Source: an uncultured Eubacteriales bacterium
GTDB taxonomy: Bacteria; Acidobacteriota; Aminicenantia; Aminicenantales; Aminicenantaceae
Assembly: GCA_964433135.1 (NCBI GenBank)
Contig: CAYSQW010000002.1
Coordinates: 5,300-29,299, forward strand
Length of the DNA stretch: 24,000 bases
Direction: 5' to 3'
Shown here: positions 1-7,321 of the stretch, one piece after another
Layout of the letters: each line of letters opens with the position of its first letter
How positions within the stretch are numbered: the stretch's first letter is position 1
Made by a program: the position numbers and the translations under genes
The notes under the pieces: generated by a model
Databases searched by the model: none
The model's input: only the letters and a program-made list of their open reading frames with translations
What the model was told of the DNA's origin: nothing

Positions 1-495
1 GCGTCTGATGAGGGAATCGGGAGCATAGCGGCCGGTGAGAACAACTTCAGTGCGGAGAGGTTTCTGATCGAGAAATGAATGCACATCGTCTTCGCCGATG
101 AGATGAAAATGGAGCGCGATGTTGATCTCATCCAGGATAATGATATCGAAGCGGAGGGAGTGCATGGCTTTAAGAGCCTCGCTCAATCCCTTCCGAGCCT
201 GACGGATGTCGATTTCATCGGGATTGTCGGTGATGTGAATGAATCCTCTCCTGCCGAACTGCTCGATGATGATCAGAGGAGACAGCTTTTTTACCGCATC
301 CAGTTCGCCGTATGGCTGTCCTTTGCAGAACTGAGCGATATAGGTTTTTTTTCCATGCCCGGCGGCCCGGAGAGCCAGTCCCAAAGCGGCCGTGGTTTTT
401 CCCTTTCCGTTTCCGGTATATATTTGGATGCGACCCGAAGCATCGTCTGTCGGAGGATTCTGCGGCTGTTCCGGTTTTCCATAGAACGTATTCAT
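1..495 (-). CDS. cobO: cob(I)yrinic acid a,c-diamide / cob(I)alamin adenosyltransferase (CobO/BtuR family); 3' end runs off the window
   Basis: Missing from the ORF track because it stays open to the window edge. My minus-strand translation from ATG 495..493 gives MNTFYGKPEQPQNPPTDDASGRIQIYTGNGKGKTTAALGLALRAAGHGKKTYIAQFCKG...FDIIILDEINIALHF...VVLTGRYAP. The P-loop GNGKGKTTAA and the ILDEIN motif are typical of CobO/BtuR. The 175-aa + ORF 79..606 is its antisense shadow. Confidence 0.85.
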   Translation of the reverse strand, partial: MNTFYGKPEQPQNPPTDDASGRIQIYTGNGKGKTTAALGLALRAAGHGKKTYIAQFCKGQPYGELDAVKKLSPLIIIEQFGRRGFIHITDNPDEIDIRQARKGLSEALKAMHSLRFDIIILDEINIALHFHLIGEDDVHSFLDQKPLRTEVVLTGRYAPDSLIRR

Positions 496-507
496 GGCTT
501 TGATTTT

Positions 508-536
508 ACTATAGGAAAAAGCCCTCGAAGCGTCAA
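508..536 (-). promoter_or_regulatory. sigma70-like promoter for cobO: TTGACG-N17-TATAGT
   Basis: Minus strand reads ccggTTGACGcttcgagggctttttccTATAGTaaaatcaaagccATG. The -35 is 531..536 and the -10 is 508..513. Only 12 nt separate the -10 from the ATG, with no SD in that gap. Confidence 0.5.
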
Positions 537-564
537 CCGGGGAATTCTAAAAACGCCGTCCGTA

Positions 565-573
565 TGCTATAAT
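565..573 (+). promoter_or_regulatory. extended -10 promoter (TGcTATAAT) 7 nt upstream of the serS ATG; implies a leaderless serS mRNA
   Basis: Plus strand reads cgtaTGcTATAATcagcggcATG, with TATAAT at 568..573 and the ATG at 581. No SD is possible in the 7-nt gap. The -35 region (TTCTAA, 545..550) is weak, which an extended -10 can tolerate. Confidence 0.45.
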
Positions 574-580
574 CAGCGGC

Positions 581-1864
581 ATGTTGGATATCAAGTACCT
601 GAATGAACATCCGGATGAGGTAATAAAAAAATTAGCGGGCCGGGGGATGGATCTCGATCTGGAGTCCTACCGTGGGCTTTCGCGAAACAGGAAGGAATTG
701 CTGGGGGAACTTGAAAAACTGCGCTATCAATTGAATTCCAGTTCTAAAAAAATCGGCTTGATGAAGCGTGACGGAAAAGATGCGTCGGCGCTGATCGTAG
801 AGATGAAAGGGGTCTCGGATAAGATCAAGAAACTCGAGGAAGACCTTCGCTGCGCCGAAGAAGAATTGCGGAATTGTTTACTTCAAATCCCCAATCTTCC
901 CCATGACAGCGTTCCCATGGGCCGTGACTCACGGGATAACCGGGAAATACGCAGAGTGGGGGATATCCCGGAATTCTCTTTTTCTCCCCGGCCGCATTGG
1001 GAAATAGGAAAAAACCTTGGGATACTGGATTTTGAAACCGCGGCCAAGATAACGGGAGCGCGGTTCGCGGTTTACATGGGAGCCGGAGCGCGGCTTGAAC
1101 GGGCACTGATTAATTTCATGCTGGATATTCACACACGTGAAAAGGGTTACTTGGAAGTCCTGCCGCCTTTCATTGTCAATGCCGAAAGCTTGACCGGAAC
1201 CGGAAATCTACCCAAATTCGAGGAGGATCTCTTCAAGCTGAGGGGAAAAAACTGGTACATGATTCCTACGGCCGAGGTCCCGCTGACCAATACATGCCGA
1301 GGGGAAATCCTGGATGCTTCGGAGCTTCCCCGCCGGCTTGTCGCTCATACGCCTTGTTTCCGCAGTGAGGCCGGATCGTACGGAAAAGATATCCGCGGCC
1401 TCATAAGGCAGCATCAATTCAACAAGGTGGAGCTGGTCAGCTTTGCGCATCCGGAGCATTCGCTCGAAGAATTGGAACGCCTTACGGGAGATGCCGAAGA
1501 CATCCTGAAAAGATTGGGGATGCCCTACCGTGTCATCGCGCTTTGCACCGGAGATCTGGGATTCGCGGGAGCAAAAACCTACGACCTTGAAATTTGGATG
1601 CCCCAGCGCAATGATTTCGTGGAGATCTCATCATGCACCAACTGTTGGGATTTTCAGGCCCGAAGGGCGAATATCCGTTTCAAGCGGGAAGTCGGCGCCA
1701 AACCGGAATATGTCCATACTTTAAACGGGTCCGGGTTGGCCGTGGGAAGGACGGTGAGCGCGCTTCTGGAGGTTTTTCAGCAGGAAGACGGTTCCGTTTT
1801 GATCCCGGATGCGTTGCGTCCTTATATGGATGGTCGTGAACGGATCACCTGCGGTTCCATGTGA
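581..1864 (+). CDS. serS: seryl-tRNA synthetase (class II)
   Basis: 427-aa ORF. It has the canonical SerRS N-terminus [14 protein letters not shown] and a coiled-coil arm. Class II motifs include [33 protein letters not shown] and [15 protein letters not shown]. Confidence 0.97.
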   Translation: MLDIKYLNEHPDEVIKKLAGRGMDLDLESYRGLSRNRKELLGELEKLRYQLNSSSKKIGLMKRDGKDASALIVEMKGVSDKIKKLEEDLRCAEEELRNCLLQIPNLPHDSVPMGRDSRDNREIRRVGDIPEFSFSPRPHWEIGKNLGILDFETAAKITGARFAVYMGAGARLERALINFMLDIHTREKGYLEVLPPFIVNAESLTGTGNLPKFEEDLFKLRGKNWYMIPTAEVPLTNTCRGEILDASELPRRLVAHTPCFRSEAGSYGKDIRGLIRQHQFNKVELVSFAHPEHSLEELERLTGDAEDILKRLGMPYRVIALCTGDLGFAGAKTYDLEIWMPQRNDFVEISSCTNCWDFQARRANIRFKREVGAKPEYVHTLNGSGLAVGRTVSALLEVFQQEDGSVLIPDALRPYMDGRERITCGSM

Positions 1865-1912
1865 TGATCCTTCGTCCAATCCGCTTTGCAGAGGATCTGA
1901 TACGGTGTTTTC

Positions 1913-1941
1913 TTGCCCCATGTAAAAGACAGTGGTAAAAT
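1913..1941 (+). promoter_or_regulatory. promoter for tRNA-Ser(UGA): TTGCCC-N17-TGgTAAAAT
   Basis: -35 TTGCCC at 1913..1918, a 17-nt spacer ending in TGg, and -10 TAAAAT at 1936..1941. It lies about 20 nt upstream of the mature tRNA 5' end. Confidence 0.5.
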
Positions 1942-1961
1942 AACCTTCTCCGTAACGTCGC

Positions 1962-2051
1962 GGAGGGATGGCCGAGTGGCTGAAGGCGGCGGTCTTGAAA
2001 ATCGCTTCACGAGAAATCGTGACGGGGGTTCGAATCCCTCTCCCTCCGCCA
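1962..2051 (+). tRNA. tRNA-Ser (anticodon UGA), class II tRNA with long variable arm, CCA encoded
   Basis: Hand-folded. Acceptor GGAGGGA/TCCCTCC; anticodon stem GCGGT/ATCGC with loop CT-TGA-AA. The variable arm is TCACGA-GAAA-TCGTGA. T-arm GGGGG-TTCGAAT-CCCTC, discriminator G, then CCA. Confidence 0.93.
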
Positions 2052-2103
2052 GTAAACACCGACGGTTGCCGAGAGTGATTCTCGTCCGGTAATAACAAGA
2101 GTG

Positions 2104-2131
2104 TTGACTCCTTTGTCTCACATGTTAAAAT
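2104..2131 (+). promoter_or_regulatory. promoter for tRNA-Ser(GCU): TTGACT-N16-TAAAAT
   Basis: -35 TTGACT at 2104..2109 and -10 TAAAAT at 2126..2131, about 26 nt upstream of the second tRNA. Confidence 0.5.
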
Positions 2132-2157
2132 AGCTGTGCTTGTTATTTGCCCCGAGC

Positions 2158-2252
<95 letters not shown>

Positions 2253-2362
2253 TAATCATATCATCCCTGAAAATCCACGATGAATATCTCCTTTACGGCT
2301 GTGTTTTACGGCGATTTGCATCTTATGGCATGGGGCGTCTATCGGATGCTCCGGAGGTGAAC

Positions 2363-3817
2363 TTATCCCAGAATCAGATCCTTCAAACGGGGGTAAATTT
2401 TGAACTCCTCGTATTTTGGCTGATGCCGTACGGCATTTCCAAAGCGGTTGATCATGGTGTAATCCCACTCCGAGCCGTATTTGGAGTGCAGATCTTCCAG
2501 GGAAGAGTCGCGGTATAGAACACGCAGGATGTCCAGCGAAAAGAGGATGCTGTCCAGCATTTTCCAGATCGCCAATTCTTTGGAACGCTGGTGGGAATGA
2601 GGAAGACCGATCAGATTGATGACATGACGGTTATCGAAAACCTTGTCTCTTACCGCCTGCATCAGCATGCTGATCTCCAAGGCATATCCTCCGAAAGGCG
2701 AATATTCTCGCCAAGCGTCCATGGGAGCTCCCTGATCTCCATGCAGCAGAAAGGTGAACTGGCGAAGCCATCTGTAATGAAAATGGTGGCTGAGATAACG
2801 AAAGATTCCTTCCAGGCGCTGCGTGACGCGTCCGCCGCGATAAATGTATTCCCGCCATATTCTTTCCAAATTATCGATCATTTCTTTCGAGAGAAACTGT
2901 TCCCGGTTTTTCGGAGTCAAAATCTGGTGATTTCGTTTGAGCTTGCTCAAGGTTGTGATGAGATGTTCGATTTTATTTTTTTCTCCCGTCAGCTCGAGGC
3001 GATGATGAACCATTGCCATTTCGATGATCGCAATCGTCACGTCCAGATAGTCCATCGGTTTGATCCGGCCGTCCACGATCATCTCCTGAATTTCGTAAGG
3101 AAGTATGATCCGGGGGCTGCCGCTCTTTATATAGCTGATGCGGCCTAATTTCTTTATCTGATCGTCGATCTCGGGGTCTCCGATTTCCCCCCTGAAGGAA
3201 AGGACCCAGGGAGTGAACAGGAGAAAATAGTTCATCCAATGATATTGGGTGTAGTCGTCATCGACGAAAAGCAGAAGGGTTTTTTCCGGAGCATGCCCGG
3301 TTTTTCGGCCGAGGGATTCGATCCACTTGACCGCTTTCATGACGTTTTCAGCCTTTCCCAGGGCTTTCTTTGCGATGACCGTACGTCCATCCTGTTTGGA
3401 ATAAAGACGATTGCGGTCGGCATAAAACACGGGAATCCGATTTTGATCGCAGAAACGGCAGAGAGAGGAGGGACCGGCTTCACCTTCTTGATAACTGAGA
3501 AATACTTCGCAGAATCCCTTGTCCTGCAGCTTTTTCAAGCAGCTTAATAGTTCTCCCCCAGTCCAGCGGGCTTGATCACCGCGTCCCCACCAGCTTACCA
3601 TGACGAAATAGATTTTGAGGTCTTGCTCACGAATGGTTTCCCGAATGATCGGAAATAAATCGCGTTTGAGAATTTGTGATTCATCCAGAAAACCGGGATA
3701 GCCGATTGTGATCACGGGGTTCTCTTGAGAAGTGCGGGGGAAGAAGCGTTCCCGCTGCATGGAATTGAGTTCATCGAGTGAAAGGAAGTCGATCATTTCA
3801 CGTTTCTTTTCACTCAA
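2363..3817 (-). CDS. GT-A fold glycosyltransferase-like protein; distant resemblance to the retaining GpgS/MPGS/MGS (glycosyl-(phospho)glycerate synthase) clan; function unproven
   Basis: 484-aa ORF with a TTG start at 3817 and GGGGAA about 8 nt upstream. A hydrophobic strand is followed by an acidic triplet, LLLFVDDDY (DxD-like). Downstream lies LHGDQGAPMDAWREYSPFGGYALEISMLMQAV...GLPHSHQR. This follows the x-G-[DE]-x-x-A...PF-x-GY-x-x-E-[IL] pattern I recall from GpgS/MPGS/MGS enzymes. That it is coding is certain; the family assignment is by eye only. Confidence 0.6.
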   Translation of the reverse strand: MSEKKREMIDFLSLDELNSMQRERFFPRTSQENPVITIGYPGFLDESQILKRDLFPIIRETIREQDLKIYFVMVSWWGRGDQARWTGGELLSCLKKLQDKGFCEVFLSYQEGEAGPSSLCRFCDQNRIPVFYADRNRLYSKQDGRTVIAKKALGKAENVMKAVKWIESLGRKTGHAPEKTLLLFVDDDYTQYHWMNYFLLFTPWVLSFRGEIGDPEIDDQIKKLGRISYIKSGSPRIILPYEIQEMIVDGRIKPMDYLDVTIAIIEMAMVHHRLELTGEKNKIEHLITTLSKLKRNHQILTPKNREQFLSKEMIDNLERIWREYIYRGGRVTQRLEGIFRYLSHHFHYRWLRQFTFLLHGDQGAPMDAWREYSPFGGYALEISMLMQAVRDKVFDNRHVINLIGLPHSHQRSKELAIWKMLDSILFSLDILRVLYRDSSLEDLHSKYGSEWDYTMINRFGNAVRHQPKYEEFKIYPRLKDLILG

Positions 3818-3912
3818 TGGACCATTCCCCTGAAAAGCGAATCAGATGCCGGTTGTAAATACACTCATAGAAATCCGGCTTGAAGCGGTTGTTGTCTTTC
3901 CCCTTAAACTTT

Positions 3913-3941
3913 ATTATAGGGTTCCTGTTTTATGTTGTCAA
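3913..3941 (-). promoter_or_regulatory. perfect consensus sigma70 promoter TTGACA-N17-TATAAT driving the 484-aa GT gene
   Basis: Minus strand reads cggTTGACAacataaaacaggaacccTATAATaaag. The -35 is 3936..3941 and the -10 is 3913..3918. The predicted TSS near 3906 gives a leader of about 89 nt before the TTG start at 3817. Confidence 0.6.
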
Positions 3942-4253
3942 CCGATGTCCGGGGGGGGATGAGACTCATGCCGTGATGAGAGCGCCGCTCTGAATCTTCA
4001 GCCTGAAACAGGCGGGAAAACACGGTACGGCGACCTTGTTCTTGACAAGGAAAAACAAACTATGCTTAAGTAAGAAGGCAACGTGGATACCGGCTCGAAG
4101 GGATTTTCGAATTATCCGACTACGGAAGGGGATTTCAACGTTCTTGCATGAATGGTTGGCGTTTTCGCTCCCGAGGATAATTCTATTCATAGGAGCCGGA
4201 ATGGTCATCGGTTGGGGATTTTGGTTTGAGATCGACCATCATGGAGAAGAAGA

Positions 4254-4586
4254 ATGGATATTGATACTGAAGAAAAAAACGGCATACTCATCGTCCGTCC
4301 TTTGGAAATGAGGATCGATGCCAGTAATGCCCTTGAGTTTAAAGCGACGATGATGGAGATCGTAGGCAACGGTTATATGAATATCATTGTCAATTTATCC
4401 GCACTGAAATTCATCGACAGCTCCGGTTTGGGGGTGCTGGTCGCGATTCTTAAAACGATCGGCAGTCGGGGTGAGATCAAGCTATGTGAGGTGGAAGGGG
4501 ATGTCGCGTCCATCTTTGAGTTGACGCGCCTGGATGAAATATTCAGCTTCTACCATTCTGAATCCGAGGCGTTCAACAGCTTCTGA
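4254..4586 (+). CDS. STAS-domain anti-sigma-factor antagonist (SpoIIAA/RsbV-like)
   Basis: 110-aa ORF with GGAG 9 nt upstream. The sequence ...LIVRPLEMRIDASNALEFKATMMEI...NIIVNLSALKFIDSSGLGVLVAI...IKLCEV...VASIFELTRLDEIF carries the conserved DSSGLG phospho-serine motif. Confidence 0.9.
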   Translation: MDIDTEEKNGILIVRPLEMRIDASNALEFKATMMEIVGNGYMNIIVNLSALKFIDSSGLGVLVAILKTIGSRGEIKLCEVEGDVASIFELTRLDEIFSFYHSESEAFNSF

Positions 4587-4616
4587 AGGAAATCCGGTTG
4601 TTATGGGAGGTGAAGC

Positions 4617-5879
4617 GTGAATCGAGTATTTGACAATCCCGATCGCATTCGGAAGGCAGAAATCGTCGTTGGAATCCCTTCGTATAACGAAGCGGATTCC
4701 ATCGGCTCTGTGGTAAAATGCGTCGACAAGGGACTGGCTCGATATTTCGAGCGAAAAGATGCCGTGATCATCAATGTCGACAACCATTCTCCGGATGATA
4801 CCCGGAGTGCTTTTTTGAATATCGAAACCCGCACCCCGAAGATGTATATTTCCACTCCGCCCGGGATCAAGGGCAAGGGCAGAAATGTACGCAACCTGTT
4901 TGAGGCCGGAGTCGAATTAGGCGCCAGAACGATCATGATGGTGGATGCTGACCTCAAGAGCATCACTCCCCAATGGATACAATATTTTGCCGAACCCGTG
5001 GCCATGGGAAACGACTATGTGATTCCGATCTATGTGAGACACAAATATGATGGGACCATTACCAATAATATTACGTATCCGTTAACGCGCATCCTTTACG
5101 GTCTGCGTCTTCGGCAGCCGATCGCCGGAGATTTTGCGTTTTCCGGGCGGTTAGCGCGGGCCTACCTGACCGAAAAGACATGGAACGAGAACATCGCCGA
5201 ATTCGGTATCGATATCTGGATGACGACGATTGCGATTTCAAGGGGCTTTAAGGTATGTCAGACGTTTCTGGGCGCTCCGAAATCTCATAGAGCCAAGGAT
5301 CCGGGATCGGACCTGGGCCCGATGTTCCATCAGGTCGTGGGAACTGTCTTCCTGCTTACGTCGGAGTTTGAGTACCTGTGGAAGGATGCGGCGATAAGCC
5401 GGCCCACCAACATTTTTGGATTCGGTTTGGGCGTAAAGGAAGATCCTCCTGTGATTTCCGTGAATAAGAAAGCGTTGTTTCAAAAATTCCTTTCCGGGTC
5501 CGGCGATTTTCAGGCGATGTGGAAAAAAGTGATCGCCCCCATCAATCTGGAAGATCTTCTCCAAATGCGCGGTCAATCTCTGGAAAAAATAATTTTCCCC
5601 TCGGATTTGTGGGCGCGCATCCTCTTCGATTATATCGTTGCCTTTCGGGATGAATCCGATGACCGAGCGCATCTATTGAAATCATTGATCCCGATTTATT
5701 ATTTGAGGACTTTGGGTTACATCAATGCAACGAAAGAACTCGATACCAAAGAAGCCGAGGAATTCCTTGAAAATGAATGCCTGCTCATGGAATCGGAGAA
5801 ATATTATCTGATAGCCAAATGGAATCAAACGCCGCGCAAAGACGGAATCCCTTCCATCGCCCAATATCTCAGCAAATAA
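4617..5879 (+). CDS. GT-A glycosyltransferase resembling single-step mannosyl-/glucosyl-glycerate synthases (MGS/GgS-like)
   Basis: 420-aa ORF with a GTG start and a strong SD, GGGAGG (4605..4610). Motifs: VVGIPSYNEADSI, NVDNHSPDDT, DxD in MMVDADL, QPIAGDFAFSGRLARAYL...FGIDIWMTTIAISRGFKV...KSHR. A helical C-terminal domain contains LLKSLIPIYYLRTLGY. The motif order parallels what I recall of Rhodothermus MGS (QPLGGELLMRRE...WGIDTLYTF...KAHR). Confidence 0.7.
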   Translation: MNRVFDNPDRIRKAEIVVGIPSYNEADSIGSVVKCVDKGLARYFERKDAVIINVDNHSPDDTRSAFLNIETRTPKMYISTPPGIKGKGRNVRNLFEAGVELGARTIMMVDADLKSITPQWIQYFAEPVAMGNDYVIPIYVRHKYDGTITNNITYPLTRILYGLRLRQPIAGDFAFSGRLARAYLTEKTWNENIAEFGIDIWMTTIAISRGFKVCQTFLGAPKSHRAKDPGSDLGPMFHQVVGTVFLLTSEFEYLWKDAAISRPTNIFGFGLGVKEDPPVISVNKKALFQKFLSGSGDFQAMWKKVIAPINLEDLLQMRGQSLEKIIFPSDLWARILFDYIVAFRDESDDRAHLLKSLIPIYYLRTLGYINATKELDTKEAEEFLENECLLMESEKYYLIAKWNQTPRKDGIPSIAQYLSK

Positions 5880-5929
5880 CGGGTGCAGAGAAGATGTTCC
5901 GCAAAATATGATCCTGCGCGGTCCCGGAT

Positions 5930-7297
5930 TTGAAAGCGAGGGACTCGATGCTGGCTGAAAATATTATCGGTATGCGCCGGCAAGCTGAAGATATATTCCG
6001 CGCCGGCCTGGACGCGGTAAAGCCCGGGAACGTCATCCGGCGGCACTGCCGACGGTCGGGCGCCACTTTTCATGTGCAGGATAAACGGTACGATCTTTCC
6101 CGGTTCCGACGTGTTATTGTGTTGGGCGCGGGCAAAGCGGGTGCGGAGATGGCGAAAGCTCTGGAAGAGATCCTGGGGGATTATCTGACCGGAGGATGGG
6201 TGAATGTCAAATACGGTCACCAGGCGGATCTCGAATGCGTGAGCGTCAATGAAGCCGGCCATCCGTTTCCCGACGCCTCCGGAATGCGCGGGGCGGAGCG
6301 GATTATGCGGATGGCACGGGAGGCGCATGAAGAAGATCTCGTTATCTGTGTGATTTCGGGGGGTGGCTCCGCTTTGATGCCGCTTCCCGTGGATGGGATT
6401 ACTCTGGAAGAGAAACAGGAGACCACGAGGATACTTACGGAATGCGGGGCGGTTATCCATGAGCTGAACAGCGTGCGCAAGCACATCTCCCGTATCAAGG
6501 GAGGCCGTCTGGCTCAAGCCGTTTATCCGGCCGCCTTGATTTCCCTGGTTCTCTCGGATGTCGTGGGCGATGATTTGAACGTGATCGCTTCGGGCCCCAC
6601 CGTGCCCGATACTTCGACGTTCCGGGAATGCATGCATATCCTTGAGCGGTATGACTGTCGAAGCGATATGCCTTCGGGAGTGATCCGTTACTTGGAATTG
6701 GGGGTGCTCGGAAAGGCCCCGGAAACAGCCCGAAGGGACGATCCTGCTTTTCGCCGCAGTCGAACCGTGATCGTGGGCAGCAATCAGCTTTGCCTGCGCA
6801 AGGCCGCCGAAGCCGCTGAAAACCTTGGCTATCGGACAATGATTCTATCTTCTCGGGTAGAAGGAGAAACCCGGGAGGTCGCGAAAGTGCATGCCGCCGT
6901 CGCCAAGGAAATTCAATGCACGGGGCTTCCTCTTGCGCCGCCGGCCTGTGTGCTTTCCGGCGGGGAAACGACCGTCACTCATTCCGGATCGGGGAAAGGG
7001 GGGCGCAACCAGGAATTCAGCCTCAGTCTGGCTGTGGAGCTTCAAGGTTGGAGCGGGATCGTCGGTTTAAGCGCCGGTACCGACGGTACGGACGGGCCCA
7101 CCGATGCAGCCGGAGCTTTCGCCGACGGATCCACGGTATCCCGGGCTCTTGCCGGCGGCCTGGATGCTCGATCCAGCTTGGAGCGGCATGATTCTTATCC
7201 TTTATTCAAATCCTTGGATGACCTGCTGATCACGGGGCCGACAAAAACCAATGTAATGGACCTGCGGTTGATGCTGATTGAAGAGGGAAAAAGATGA
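5930..7297 (+). CDS. glycerate kinase of the DUF4147/MOFRL type (TtuD/GckA-like glycerate 2-kinase)
   Basis: 455-aa ORF. Motifs: VLGAGKAGAEMAKALEE, VISGGGSALMPLP, RKHISRIKGGRLA, LSDVVGDDLNVIASGPT, LSGGETTVT..GSGKGGRNQEF, GTDGTDGPTDAAGA. The track start at 5930 is TTG. An ATG at 5948, preceded by GAGGGA, is an equally plausible start. Confidence 0.9.
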   Translation: MKARDSMLAENIIGMRRQAEDIFRAGLDAVKPGNVIRRHCRRSGATFHVQDKRYDLSRFRRVIVLGAGKAGAEMAKALEEILGDYLTGGWVNVKYGHQADLECVSVNEAGHPFPDASGMRGAERIMRMAREAHEEDLVICVISGGGSALMPLPVDGITLEEKQETTRILTECGAVIHELNSVRKHISRIKGGRLAQAVYPAALISLVLSDVVGDDLNVIASGPTVPDTSTFRECMHILERYDCRSDMPSGVIRYLELGVLGKAPETARRDDPAFRRSRTVIVGSNQLCLRKAAEAAENLGYRTMILSSRVEGETREVAKVHAAVAKEIQCTGLPLAPPACVLSGGETTVTHSGSGKGGRNQEFSLSLAVELQGWSGIVGLSAGTDGTDGPTDAAGAFADGSTVSRALAGGLDARSSLERHDSYPLFKSLDDLLITGPTKTNVMDLRLMLIEEGKR

Positions 7298-7321
7298 AGA
7301 CCTGTGGGAAAAGCAAGCGAT

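Noticed and set aside
79-606. 175-aa + strand ORF at the left edge, plus the smaller ORFs 291..482 and 312..503
   Set aside because: The translation is low-complexity nonsense. The opposite strand encodes a clear CobO/BtuR adenosyltransferase with an intact P-loop, so these are antisense shadow ORFs.
3973-3996. Hammerhead-ribozyme-like core: gUGAUGAG-AGCGCCGCUC-UGAAuc in the divergent intergenic region
   Set aside because: The essential C3 is a G here. Either A9 is consumed by the stem or an extra U separates stem II from the GAA. No stem I/III partners or cleavage-site triplet could be found. It is most likely a chance match.
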